From positions 7,688,001 to 7,752,000 of the forward strand of contig NC_043021.1 in assembly GCF_006345805.1 (NCBI RefSeq): 64,000 nt of DNA. Reading direction: 5' to 3'. The translations under genes and the position numbers were made by a program. This DNA comes from Octopus sinensis (lineage: Eukaryota). Below the pieces are notes generated by a model that saw nothing but the letters and a program-made list of their open reading frames with translations, was not told the DNA's origin and did no database searches. Shown here piece by piece: positions 12,098-25,383 of this stretch (its first letter is position 1; each line of letters opens with the position of its first letter).

Positions 12098-12580
12098 TAT
12101 TTCTCAACTCCTTTTGGCCCCCCAATTATTTACTGACTCTTCCCGAGGACTGTTCCAACTAGGGATAAGGGGTTAGTAATAAACCACTCTGGGGGTTTCT
12201 AATGTAAAAGATTTAAAAAAGTGGAAAACTGTACAAGATATGAATTAGTACAGGAGAGAAGTGAGCGAATGGGAGTGGAGTAGCACTATGTGAGAGAGAG
12301 AGAGAGATAGTGGAAGTGTAACATGAGGGAGAGATAGAAAGAGAGGGTGCAAGAGTAACATGAGAGAGAGAGAGCTATAAGAAAAAGAAAGCATGACAAA
12401 AATGTGAGAGAGAGAGAGAGAGAAAGACACACAGAGATAGAGGACTGGACAGAACAATAAGACAGGCAGGCAGAGAGAGGCATTGAAGGAGACTGCAGTG
12501 TATAGTAATATAGTAATATCTAAAAGGAAAAAAGAGAGAGAAGAGCTGTAGTATATGTATGTGTGTGTATGTGCATATTT

Positions 12581-12777
12581 ATACATACATACATACATAC
12601 ACACATACATACATACACACATACATACATACATACATACATACAAACATATATACATACATACACACATACAATCATACATACATACATACACACATAC
12701 ATACATACATACACACATACATACATACATACATACAAACATATATACATACATACACACATACAATCATACATACA

Positions 12778-12809
<32 letters not shown>

Positions 12810-12971
12810 AACATATATACAAACATACATACATACATACATACATACATACATACATACATACATACAAACATATATACATACATACATACATACAATC
12901 ATACATACATACATACATACAAACATACATACATACATATAAACATATATACAAACATACATACATACAAT

Positions 12972-13006
<35 letters not shown>

Positions 13007-13025
13007 CATACATATAAACATACAT

Positions 13026-13056
<31 letters not shown>

Positions 13057-13078
13057 TACATACATACATACATACATA
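12581..13078. repeat. (TACA)n tetranucleotide array with recurring variant blocks
   Basis: Directly visible; recurring aaacatatatac and acaatcatac variants. Confidence 0.95.
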
Positions 13079-13346
13079 GATAAAGAGAGAGAGGGAGGAG
13101 AAAAAAGAGGACAGTGTGAGTGGATGATGTTTTGCTCCAGATCAGTTTTCACTGAGAAGACATATGATCAGAGGAGAGATTCCAGGCATGACAGTCCCAT
13201 CGGACTTTCGAGCATTGAATTTCTAGGACTATATTTTTTAACCAATATGATGTATGTGGTAAAAGAAACAACAGCTAATTGGTAGAACGGGCAATGCTGC
13301 TGCTGCTGCTGCTGATGATGAAGGTGGTGATGATGATGATGACACA

Positions 13347-13347
<1 letters not shown>

Positions 13348-13389
<42 letters not shown>

Positions 13390-13646
13390 CAATGATGATG
13401 ATGATGATGATGATGACAATGATGATGATGATGATGATGACGATGATGATGATGATGATGATGACGATGATGATGATGATGATGACAATGATGATGATGA
13501 CGATGATGATGATGATGATGATGATGATGACAATGATGATGATGATGACAATGATGATGATGATGATGATGATGACAATGATGATGATGATGATGATGAC
13601 GATGATGATGATGATGATGATGACGATGATGATGATGATGATGACA

Positions 13647-13692
<46 letters not shown>

Positions 13693-14283
13693 CAATGATG
13701 ATGATGATGACAATGATGATGATGATGACAATGATGATGATGATGATGACAATGATGATGATGATGACAATGATGATGATGATGATGATGATGACAATGA
13801 TGATGATGATGACAATGATGATGATGATGACAATGATGATGATGATGACAATGATGATGATGATGATGATGATGACAATGATGATGATGATGATGATGAC
13901 GATGATGATGATGATGATGATGACGATGATGATGATGATGATGACAATGATGATGATGACGATGATGATTGATGATGATGATGATGATGACAATGATGAT
14001 GATGATGACAATGATGATGATGACAATGATGATGATGATGATGACAATGATGATGATGATGATGACGATGATGACAATGATGATGATGATGACAATGATG
14101 ATGATGATGACAATGATGATGATGATGACAATGATGATGATGATGACAATGATGATGATGATGACAATGATGATGATGACGATGATGATGATGATGATGC
14201 CAATGATGATGATGATGACAATGATGATGATGATGACAATGATGATGATGATGATGACAATGATGATGACGATGATGATGATG
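13348..14283. repeat. Giant interrupted (GAT)n trinucleotide array
   Basis: About 936 bp of GAT with gac/gacaat interruptions; 1-bp phase break at 13970. Confidence 0.97.
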
Positions 14284-14507
14284 TGAGTGATGATGTTGGA
14301 ACTGATGAAGGTAAATGAGAAAGGGTTGTGAATAGGGTGGGGGGGTAGGGGGTGAAGTGAGTCAGACATTTGGAAAGTTAGAGGGCTAACTGCAAGAAAA
14401 GACAGGGCATGAGACAGGCAGCAACAAGTAGAATGAGTGACTCATTCTTGATGGGTACAGTTGATATTTATTGATAAACATATCACACAATTTTATTGAT
14501 AAAACAA

Positions 14508-14546
<39 letters not shown>

Positions 14547-14789
14547 TATACAGACACAGACACAGATACACACACAGAACATTCATAAAGACATAACACA
14601 ACACGCAAATATTGTGGCAAGACATCAATCCTTTTGTCAGCAATATTTCTGTTTGAAAGACACTGTCTTTGTACGAATTAATTATGGAAATATTGAAGAA
14701 TTTATTGAAGTAATTCTGTCATAATTAAACCGATTCTTTGGAACATAAATTAACATGAAATTTTGATGGAAAGATTTAGACTGCTTTAA

Positions 14790-15500
14790 CCCTTTAGCAT
14801 TCAGATTACTCTGCTAAATGCAATGCTTACCGTAAATCTTCGAGTATAGTCCGCCCTTGAGTATAATATGCAAGGGATTTTTAGGGGGCTGTACCTCTGA
14901 AAAACCTAAACCTTGTGTGTAATGTGCACTCCTTCTCTAACTTGAGTCGTGCGTAATTAAGCCAGCAGCACCTAGTCGAACAAACACTTCCATGCATGCG
15001 TAATACAATAATGGTGATGTTCTTAACTGTTATATGGGAATGTAAATATGTTTGCAAATTGTTTTTGCTACATGTTATTCAGTGTTCTGAATACTTTTAT
15101 TTTAATAAATGTTGCTTACTGCAAGTTATGGATGATTCTTTTATGACTTCATTGCTTTCAGGCTTAGCTTAAGGTATTTTCACATCCGACATCACAAAAT
15201 GCGTCTGAATAAACATTGTCGGACAGCAAATAGAGACTCGAACATTGCTTAGAAAATATTTTTCATTTTTAACCTTGTATATAGTATGCACTAGGGATTT
15301 TGACCTTTAAATTTTGGGGAAAAAAATGTGGATTATACTCGAGGATTTGCGGTATTTACTTATTCACATTGTTTTGAATTAAACATGCATTATCTTGTAG
15401 CTTTGAGATTATGATATGACTGTTCGTTTTTAGAAAGACATTGTTGGGTTGGTGCGATAGAATACTTCGGCTAGATATGGCCAGTTTAAATCCTAAAGGG
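14790..15500. mobile_element. piggyBac-type MITE P1 interrupted by a pogo-like MITE
   Basis: TTAA (14786-14789) ccctttagcatt ... tcctaaaggg TTAA (15501-15504). Confidence 0.85.
14830..15352. mobile_element. Tc1/mariner/pogo-type MITE T
   Basis: TIRs ccgtaaatcttcgagtata / tatactcgaggatttgcgg; TA TSD at 14828-14829 and 15353-15354; second copy at 30253-30999. Confidence 0.85.
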
Positions 15501-15941
15501 TTAAAAAGGGAAGTTTGTATTGGAGAACTAGGGCAGTTTCCGGTGGATCAGTATCAAAAGGGTTAAACATAAACACAATTATACAGAAAAACAAATAGGA
15601 CACACGAAAAGAATTTGATGAGAGGAGCATCAGCCACATTCATCTTATGACTGTCTTTGTAATCTTGTTACCAATAGAATCTTTAATTAAGACAGTTTTC
15701 ATCAAATTATTCAGTATAAGGTGCTAGATACGTAAAACAAAGGAAGGTGATTAATAAAAATAATTAAACTTTTCTATCCCTCATCATCAAAAAAAAATAT
15801 TGCTAAGTACCTTTTGGGGATTGATGAAAATTAGGTATCTTTTAGGGGTTGAGGAAAAAAATACTAGTCAAGTACTTAGGTCGATGTGATTGACTTACCC
15901 CCTCCCTACAAATTTCAGGCCTTGCACCTTTAGTAGAAAGG

Positions 15942-15973
<32 letters not shown>

Positions 15974-15974
15974 G

Positions 15975-16420
15975 GTGACAAGGTGGCAGAATCATTAGCA
16001 TGAAATGGTTAGCAGTATTTTGCCTGTCACTACATTCTGAGTTCAAATTCTGCCACGGTCAACTTTGTCTTTCATCCTTTCGGGGTCAATAAATTAAGTA
16101 CCAGTGAAATACTGGGTCGATATAATCAACTAATTTCAGGCCTTGTGCCCTTAACAGAAAGGATTACCATTATTATTATTACTATCATTATTATTATTAT
16201 TGTTGTTAATAAGGTAACGAGCAGGCAGAATTGTTAGCACTCTGAATGAAATGGTTAGCAGTATTTTGCCTGTCACTACATTCTGAGTTCAAATTCTACC
16301 AAGGCCAACTTTGCATTTCAGGGTCAATAAATTAAGTACCAGTGAAATACTGGGGTCGATGTAATCAACTAGTCCCCTCCCACAAAATTTCAGGCCTTGT
16401 GCCTTTAGTGGAAAGGATTA
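15975..16420 (+). mobile_element. Two tandem older SINE-B-related copies separated by a (TTA)n tract
   Basis: ggcagaatcattagca ... ttctgagttcaaattc ... gggtcaataaattaagtaccagtgaaatactgg occurs twice. Confidence 0.7.
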
Positions 16421-16911
16421 TCTATTATTATTACTGATCTTGGGGAAACAACAATAAAATCATAAAGAGAACTTTGTAATACAGTAGAAGGAAACCCAAC
16501 GGGAATCTTGCAAATATACGCACAAATGTATGATGTGGTGTGACATATATCTGTATAAATAGACAAACCTGGAATTCAACTAAACATACTAATTAAAACT
16601 TAGGAGTCTTAGCAGTCAACTCTTCTTCCTCTTGTGGTCATTCCAGCAGTTGTAGTAGACTGGAAAGGTGATCACAAGACTATTATTCAACCGAAATTTT
16701 TTTTTTTTTTTTCCCATTTAATGCTATTACACATTTGTTACTTATTTCGAGTCTGAAGTCAATCAGGATAATTATGGAATTGTTCTGTACTGACTACTGC
16801 AGACAAAATAGATAAAAAAATAAATTAAATTCACAGAGCACTTTTCTAAAAAGATGCTAATCATTCCAACATAGGAAAACAATATATATATATATATATC
16901 TATATATATAC

Positions 16912-16987
<76 letters not shown>

Positions 16988-17360
16988 CTTCAACAATAAT
17001 ATATAAACAGCAAAATAAATATGTGTTAAATAATGAAATTTTCAGGGTAAAAAAAAAAAAAAGAAAAAAGCTATTATTCTAACTAAAATTGCAATTTTGT
17101 AAAATAGAAACCAACTGCATTTAAGAAAGTGAAAAGAAAAGAGAAAAATAAATAAGAAGTGTTTATAAAGACAGGTGGGTAGGTGGAGGAAGAGAGACAG
17201 ACAGTGGGGTGGTGAGGTGGAAAAAGGAAGACAGACAGAAGGTGGGAGGGAGAGAGAATAACACAACAAAGATTGAATGATTTGAAATAATTAAGACAAC
17301 AGCTTAATTTATTTAGGTGATTCATAATGAACTTTGTTATTAATTCTTCAGTAAACTCAC

Positions 17361-17480
17361 TGCAGGAAACCAAAACAATAATGGATGTTTTGTCTTCGAA
17401 GAGAAATACACGGAAGAATGTTCCAATATAGTTGTATAATTTAACCTTTTTGCCAAACTTATTAGCAGATTACAATACTG
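17361..17480 (-). CDS. Weak candidate internal exon
   Basis: Strong donor GCA|GTGAGT; open frame QYCNLLISLAKRLNYTTILEHSSVYFSSKTKHPLLFWFPA; acceptor weak (tttgtgaagcagcag). Confidence 0.25.
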
Positions 17481-18094
17481 CTGCTTCACAAACCATGTAA
17501 GGTGCAGGCATGTGGGTGTGTGGTTAAGAAGTTTGTATCTCAAGTATTATGGTTCGGGGGTTCAGTTCCATTGCATGGTAACTTGGGGGAGTGTTTTCGA
17601 AATATATAGCCCCAGGCCAACTGAAACTTTGTAGATGGATTTGGTAGAGACAGAAACAACTGAAAGAAATCCATCGTATATGTCTGAAGAAGCCTCTGTG
17701 TGTGTGTGTGTGTGTGCATATATGTAAATGTGTGTCTGTATGCGTGTCTGTATGTGTGTGTCTGTGTGTCCATATGCATGTGTGTATCTGTGTATGTGTG
17801 CGTGTATGCATATATGTGAGCACATGTGTGCATGTATCTTTGTCGATGCATCATTTGATAGTTGTAAACAAGCGTCGCCATCACATGATCGGGGTTGTTT
17901 ATTTCCAATCTTCTGCAAAAACATGTCAGGCCATGAGAAGATATAATGTTCCTTTGAAACAAATCAGCAGCAGAAAGAGCATCAGGTCATGTAAAATCTG
18001 CCTCAACAAATTTCATCTAATCCATGGAAACATGGAAAAGTGAATGTTAAAACCATCATTATGTTGACGATGATTATAATAAATAAATGCACCT

Positions 18095-18312
18095 TTTTAA
18101 AGACTAACCAGGTTCATGGGCCCAGTTTCCCGGTTTCAATGGCGTATGTGTTCCCCAGCTGGACGTTACTCATTTTTGCCAGCTGAGTGGACTGGAGCAA
18201 CGTGAAATGAAGTGTTTTGCTCAAGAACATAACGCGTTGCCCGGTCCAGGAATCGAAACCACAATCTTACAATCATGATGCTGACAGCCTAACCACTAAG
18301 CCACGTGCCTCC
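18095..18312 (-). mobile_element. SINE-C variant, partial
   Basis: catttttgccagctgagtggactggagcaacgtgaaat ... cctaaccactaagccacgtgcctcc. Confidence 0.8.
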
Positions 18313-18523
18313 ACTATTATTTTTAGGGAACCTGAGCTCTTCAGTCGTCACATACTTTGTTATGGACTTCTTTGCATAGATTAGTCCCTACAGACAAGCT
18401 AGTGACAATACAGCCAATAGTCCTTCATCAAATCAACTAGAATCTTTAAACCTAAAACATATGGTTCAGAAGCAAACTTCTTATATAAGTATTACAAGAA
18501 TATATATTATATCATAAATAAAC

Positions 18524-18925
18524 TAGGCGCAGGAGTGGCTGTGTGGTAAGTAGCTTGTTTACCAACCACATGATTCCAGGTTCAGTCCCACTGCGTGGCA
18601 CCTTGGGCAAGTGTCTTCTACTATAGCCTCGGGCCGACCAAAGCCTTGTGAGTGGATTTGGTAGACGGAATCTGAAAGAAGCCCGTCGTATATATGTATA
18701 TATATGTATGTGCGTGTATGTTTGTGTGTCTGTGTTTGTCCCCCTAGCATTGCTTGACAACTGATGCTGGTGCGTTTATGTCCCCGTCACTTAACAGTTC
18801 AGCAAAAGAGACCGATAGAATAAGTACTGGCCTTACAAAGAATAAATCCCGGGGTCGAGTTGCTCGATTAAAGGCAGTGCACCAGCATGGCCGCAGTCAA
18901 AATGACTGAAACAAGTAAAAAGAGA
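18524..18925 (+). mobile_element. SINE-A, full length
   Basis: Colinear with 151-548. Confidence 0.92.
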
Positions 18926-18950
18926 AAAAGAGAGAAACTAACATTCTTAC

Positions 18951-19106
18951 CAAATGTCCATTCTGTGTTACAATTCTGGCAAGAAGGTTCGGTAGATTGG
19001 GACTGCTTGATGTTATGAGATCTATCAGCAGTAGAGTGGTTCAATAAGGAGTTAGGGGTTCTTCACAAAACAACACTATCAGGCAGCTACCATTACATGA
19101 TCACAG
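18951..19106 (-). other. Exon-like segment with strong splice signals but all three frames closed
   Basis: Acceptor ctctttttttttttccatctacag| and donor TTG|GTAAGA, 156 bp apart; stops in every frame. Confidence 0.25.
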
Positions 19107-19367
19107 CTGTAGATGGAAAAAAAAAAGAGAATTTGTATTCAGTTAAGAAAAAGTGCAAGCAAGAAAACACAAAAAACCCATTCATTTTGCCAAATATTTT
19201 TAAGCATCACCTCCTCTTCCATGACCCACTCTTGTGTTCCTTACATTCCCCCAAACTAAGACTCACCATCGCCCACACCTCCACCCATGTTCACCATTCA
19301 CTACTTTTACTTTCAAATCTGTCACTCTCCTTTCACAATCTCATGACCCTACCTACCCAGTCATCCT

Positions 19368-19422
<55 letters not shown>

Positions 19423-20581
19423 ATTCCCTCGTGTATCTTGAGGGTACATCCTGATACCACAGTTCCAACATCTTTTCTTCCTTTCTTGCTGAGGATAGGG
19501 AGAGCCATGAATTTGTGGAGGGCAATTTTCTATGGATGTTGTGAACCTCACCTGTTTCCAAGCAAGATAATATTTACCTGTGCTTGAACATACTGTTCAA
19601 AGAAAACTGGGAAAGAACAACCTCTCTTTTATGGTGGTGACACTCATTTACAATCATCATGTGACATCTAGACACAGGTACACACAAACACACACATATT
19701 TCTTTCAATTTTTGTTTACCAAATTCACTTGCAAACTTTGGTCAGCCCAAACCTATAGCAGAAGGCACTTGCCCAAGGTGCTGCGCAGTGGGCCTGAACC
19801 CAAGATCACATGGTTGGGAAGCAAGCTTCTTAGCCAGACAGCCATGCCTACACATATCAATATAATACAATATTCAATGCTAATACAGAAGAAAAAAATT
19901 AAGAAAACATCTCAAATCATTTCCTGTAACAAAAAACAATTTCTCTAATACTTTGTCTTATTAAAAGAGATCATTATCATTATTATTATTAAAAGACATT
20001 ATTATTATTATTATTATTGTTATTATTATCATTATTATTATTATTCCACTTGCTGTATTATCTAATAAGAATGGATAAAGAAATACTTTGGATGATTAAT
20101 AGAATCTTGTTCAATTCAGCTATCATTTTATGTAAGAAGGTCAAGAGAAGGGGAGAGAAAAGTGTCTTGCTATTTTTTTCTTTCATTTTATTTTAATTTT
20201 CATTTCTGGAAAATTCCACCAGACAAATTATTCCTGCTTACTCAATGGAGTAAGTATTCATCCTTGTTCTCTGGATTAAATGCTTTTATTAGGTGATGAG
20301 GGTGGTGGCAGCGATGAGGGTGGTGGTGGTGGTGATAATGAAAAGGCAAGAGAAGAGTTTGAAAATTCTTGCACCCATTTCACTTAACCTCTCATGACCT
20401 AAAGTAGTTCTCAACCAGGATCTACATAACACTTATGGGTTCATATACAAAATTTTTTGTTATTTATGTGCAATAAACTGTTTATATTTCTACAATACAC
20501 AAAATATATTTTTTTTGTACTATTCTTAATAATATTTAATTACTAAATTACAGTAGGACCTATATATATATATATATATAT

Positions 20582-20762
20582 ATCATCATCATTTTACATC
20601 TGTTTTCCATGCTGGCATGGGTTGGACAGTTTGACTGGGGTCTGGGAAGCCAGGATGCTGCACTAGGCCCCAATCTGATCCGGCAGTGTTTCTACAGCTG
20701 GATGCCCTTCCTAACGCCAACCACTTCAAGAGTGCAATGGGTGCTTTTTACGTGCCACCGGC

Positions 20763-20764
<2 letters not shown>
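20582..20764 (-). mobile_element. SINE-D 3' part
   Basis: catcatcattttacatctgttttccatgctggcatggg ... ggatgcccttcctaacgccaacc. Confidence 0.85.
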
Positions 20765-20793
<29 letters not shown>

Positions 20794-20916
20794 TGGCTAT
20801 AGATGTCCAGCGCAGAGTAAAACAGGAATCAAAGGGACCCATAGACAAAAAAATGGTTGAGAACCACTGACTTAGAGAATAGAATGAACTTTTCCCAACC
20901 TAATTTCTCTACTCAG

Positions 20917-21026
20917 CCATTCTACAAGACTGTTCTTGTCATAAAGATGACATATTGGAGGAAATGAACTTGAAAGACTTCAGTCAATTAGATACCGAAA
21001 TCAAATCACAGATACAGCTTTACTAA
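20917..21026 (+). CDS. Candidate terminal coding exon (plus strand), product unknown
   Basis: Branch-like cctaat plus ttctctactcag| acceptor; frame ILQDCSCHKDDILEEMNLKDFSQLDTEIKSQIQLY*. Confidence 0.3.
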
Positions 21027-21457
21027 CAGCGTTCATTCTTAATAGTAATGGTGCTGGTGTTTACTGCAGCAAATCTTATCAAACAATGAGTGTCGTTCCA
21101 TCATATACCCAAGACTATTTATTGGATATTGTAGTAGGAAATATTCATCAGAAACTGACTTCGTTGTTGTAGACAACAGAATGAAGAAAGGAAAAAAGAT
21201 ATTGATTAATATATATTAGTTTCTTTTTCTTCTCTTTTTATTCCATTAACCCTTTTTTGGTATAGATCTACCCAAGATTGCCCTTGATTCTCTGATACAG
21301 ACCCCTTGTTTTACAATGATCAAAATTAAAACCTTCTGTCACAATTTCATGTTAATCTATGTTCCTAACATCAGCTTTATAATGGCTTTAAATTTTGGTA
21401 CAAGGCCAGCAATTTGAGGGAAGGGGATAGGTCAGCTACATCAACCCCACTGCATAA

Positions 21458-21673
21458 CTGGCAGAAACGTTAGCACGCTGGGCGAAATGCTTAGCGGTAT
21501 TTCGTCTGCGTTACGTTGTGAGTTCAAATTCCACCGAGGTCGACTTTGCCTTTCATCCTTTCGGGGTCGATAAATTAAGTACCAGCACTGGGGTCGATGT
21601 AATCGACTTAATCCGTTTGTCTGTCCTTGTTTGTCCCCTCTGTGTTTAGCCCCTTGTGGGTAATAAAGAAATA
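21458..21673 (+). mobile_element. SINE-B inserted in an older antisense SINE-B relative
   Basis: Host sequence accccactgcataactgg|tacttattttattga is split by the insertion. Confidence 0.85.
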
Positions 21674-22068
21674 GGTACTTATTTTATTGACACCCTGCCC
21701 CAAAGGATGGAAAGCAAAGTCAACCCTGGCAGAATTTTAACTGAAAACATAAAGATGGACGAAATGCTGCTAAGCATTTTGTCCAGCAGACTAAGAATTC
21801 TGCCAGATTGCTGCCTAAACACCAGCTTAATAATGACAGTCCTTTTGCTAATTCATCATCATCATTGTTTAATGCCTGCCTTCCATGCTGGCATGTGTTG
21901 GATGGTTTAACAGGAGCCGGCCAGTTGACGGCTAAACCAGGTGTCTGTGTCTGGTTTGGCATGGCTTTCGTTATTTCAAAAATTAATTGCAACAAAGACA
22001 ATGTATTTCAACAGAAATATCCTACTTATATGATTTAGCTTCTGAATCTTTCCATCATTTTCTCTTAA

Positions 22069-22289
22069 CCCTTTAGCATTTAAACCGGCCATATCCGGCC
22101 AAAAGTATTCTACCTGCTTTATGTTCAAACTGGCCAGATCTGGTCTCTAACACAAACCCTACAATATCATCTTAAAATTTAACAGCTTCCTCATCAAATT
22201 CTCATAGTTACAAGATAATGCATGATTAGTTCAAGGCAATGTGGATAAAAAAGGATTAATTTTGGCAGAATAATGAGAACACTAAAGGG
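22069..22289. mobile_element. piggyBac-type MITE P1
   Basis: TTAA-ccctttagcattt ... acactaaaggg-TTAA. Confidence 0.88.
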
Positions 22290-22979
22290 TTAAACCTTTT
22301 GATAACCAGCCTGCCAGAAACTGCCCGTGGTTCTACGAAACAAATATGCTATCTTATCTTTTATATTTTACTTGTTTCAGTCACTACACTGGAAAATAGA
22401 ACATGTACCAGTAATGTATTGGTATCAATCAACCAACAAACTCTACACTATCACTACTAACTTTGTACATCATCATCATCATCATTGTTCCCAAGCAGTG
22501 GTAGGAAAACAAACACATACATACACACACACACATTATATAAATATATAAATATATATGTATGATGAGTAGCACTGAGCATTCCACAGACGTGTACCCT
22601 TATCATAGTTCTCAGGGTGATTCAGCATGACACAGAGTGTGACAAGGCTGGCCCTTTGAAATACAGGCACTAAACCCCACTCCAATTGTAGGAAATCATG
22701 ATCTAAGAAAATTGTCCAAGCAAGGAGAAATGGAATAGCCATTAGATATTATAAAAGACTGTTTGCTTGAATAAAGCAGCAGCAGCATAATTATTTGGTC
22801 AAACCCAACAGCAGCATCAGATGTTATTAACAATGGTACAAAGAAGAAAAGTTATCTGTAATGCTGATTCTACATTTCATCCTTCCAGCATTCATTCACT
22901 CACTCGTTCTTTTGATGTAAAATGGCCCTTTTCATTTACCAGATGCAGTTTAGTATTATAAGCAGAGGGAGCACTATAT

Positions 22980-23203
22980 GAGCTGGCAGAAACGTTAGCA
23001 CGCCGGGCGAAATGCGTAGCCGTATTTCGTCCGCCGTTACGTTCTGAGTTCAAATTCCGCCGAGGTCGACTTTGCCTTTCATCCTTTCAGGGTCAATAAA
23101 TAAAGTACCAGTTATGCACTGGGGCCGATGTAATCGACTTAATCCCTTTGTCTGTCCTTGTTTGTCTCCTCTATGTTTAGCCCTTTGTGGGCAGTAAAGA
23201 AAT
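22980..23203 (+). mobile_element. SINE-B
   Basis: Near-consensus copy. Confidence 0.9.
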
Positions 23204-23377
23204 ATATATGACTGTTAAAATAAAATTTCTCAAAAACTTAAGACAAACAAAAACTGCTCCACCCTTTTGAAACCAACTCACTTGAAACTGCGCTTGGTTC
23301 CATCACTAACCTTTGCATTAAAATTATCATAATTTAAACCTGCTGCCAAAATTTCAGATTAATTAATGTTACTCTTG

Positions 23378-23780
23378 TCTTTACTTGTTTCAGTCATGTG
23401 ACTGTGGCCATGCTGGAGCACCGCCTTTAGTCGATCAAATCGACCCCACGACTTATTCTTTGTAAGCCTAGTACTTATTTTATCGGTCTCTTTTTTGCCG
23501 AACCGCTAAGTTACGGGGACGTAAACACACCAGCATCGGTTGTCAAGCGATGTTGGGGGGGACAAACACAGACAAACACGCACACTCACACACATATATA
23601 TATACATATATATACGACGGGCTTCTTTCAGTTTCCGTCTACCAAAATCCACTCACAAGGCTTTGGTCAGCCCGAGGCTATAGTAGAAGACACTTACCCA
23701 AGGTGCCACGCAGTGGGACTGAACCCGGAACCATGTGGTTCGCAAGCAAGCTACTTACCACACAGCCACTCCTACGCCTA
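23378..23780 (-). mobile_element. SINE-A, full length
   Basis: Colinear with the consensus. Confidence 0.9.
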
Positions 23781-24228
23781 TGTTCTTAACAACAGTTTAA
23801 TAATGACAAAATTATTTTAACAATTCTTTAATTATTTTCAAGCTCAACTGAAACAAAGATTGTGTATTTCAACAGAAATATATGGAAACAAAAAGGTTTA
23901 ACAGCTGAACTGCCGTTTTAAGAATTGTTGTCATTTGATGGTTGGCTAATCTTTCCATTAACATATTCCTAATGAAATATGCTGCCTTCTTCATTTCAAT
24001 TAACTTTGAAAATAATAAAGCATTTAGCAAAATAACTATTGTTATTAAGCTGCTGCTTGCAACATAAATTAAATGTGAAAGGGTTAAGCCTAGTACTTAT
24101 TCTATTAGTCTCTTTTGCTGAACTGCTAAGTTATGGGGACATAAACACACCATCACTGGTTCCTAAGCAGTGGTAGGAAAACAAACACATACATACACAC
24201 ACACATTATATAAATATATAAATATATA

Positions 24229-24629
24229 GCGCCGCCCCGACTGGCCTCGTGCCAGTGGCACGTAAAAAGCACCATCCATATGTGGCCGTTGCCAGCCTCG
24301 CCTGGCCCCCGTGCCGGTAGCACGTAAAAAGCACCATCCGATCGTGGCCGTTTGTCAGCCTCGCCTCGCCCCCATGCCGGTGGCACATAAAAAACACCAT
24401 CCGATCGTGGCCGTTTGCCAGCCCCGTCTGGCACCTGTGCCAGTGGCACGTAAAAAGCACCCACTACACTCATGGAGTGGTTGGCATTAGGAAGGGCATC
24501 CAGCCATAGAAACATTGCCAGATCAGACTGGGCCTGGTGCAGCCTTCTGGCTTCCCAGACCCCAGTTGAACCGTCCAACCCATGCTAGCATGGAAAGCGG
24601 ACGCTAAACGATGATGATGATGATGATGA
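24229..24629 (+). mobile_element. SINE-D with four internal repeat motifs
   Basis: gtgccggtggcacgtaaaaagcacc recurs four times at about 60-bp spacing, followed by the core and (GAT)n tail. Confidence 0.9.
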
Positions 24630-25383
24630 TATATGTATGATGAGTAGCACTGAGCATTCCACAGACACGTGTACCCTTATCATAGTTCTCAGGGTGATTC
24701 AGCATGACACAGAGTTGACAAGGCTGGCCCTTTGAAATACAGGCACTAAAACCCCACTCCAAATTTCAGGCCTTGTGCCTGTAGTAGAAAGGATGAGACA
24801 AGAAGAGAGATGAAGAGTCAGGTCAAGAACAGAACGACTGAGAAGGAACAGAGAAACTAGACAAAAGGACAAGAAAATACAATCTTGAAAAGAGAAAGAT
24901 AGAGAAAGAGAGATTAAGAGAAAAACAGAAAAGAAGAGACAGAGACTGGAAGACCAAGAGAGAAAGACAGAGAGATGAGAACAGAGAAAGGAAGACAGAC
25001 AGACAGCAGAGAGGGTGAGAGAGAGAGAGAGAGAGAAACGAAATGGAAGAGAGGCTGGCAAATAAACAGAAGAGATGAGATTTCCAATAGATCAACAACG
25101 TAGATATATGAACAGTATTATTGATCTCTGTTGTCATAGAAATAAATATATTACTAACTGATATAATGAAAAGGGGAGAAAAAAAATGGTGTTAGACATC
25201 TTTGTTAAGAAATAGTTTGATACAGGTCAAAAAAAAAGTATCTAGTCATAACTCAAGCCGATAGGGAGAGCTAGTATGTGGTGACTCAAATTGCTAAAAA
25301 TAGCCTCCATATCTTCCTCAGATCACACCCTACTGATTTAAAAATGAAAGGGCCTAAGGGATGCATCTAACTGTTGGTTCCAA

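Larger units (their letters stand above)
14640..15562. mobile_element. piggyBac-type MITE P2 (outer host of a triple nest)
   Basis: P2-like sequence on both sides of the P1 insertion, ending gtatcaaaaggg-ttaa; left boundary approximate. Confidence 0.55.

Noticed and set aside
13168-14369. 259-364 aa ORFs (poly-S, poly-M/D, poly-I/H)
   Set aside because: All frames are open simply because (GAT)n lacks stops in most frames; there is a phase break and no splice or complexity evidence.
18940-19200. Plus-strand selenoprotein-like frame (…DWDCLML*DLSAVEWF…)
   Set aside because: Single TGA in a protein-looking frame, but no splice sites, no recognisable family and no SECIS seen.
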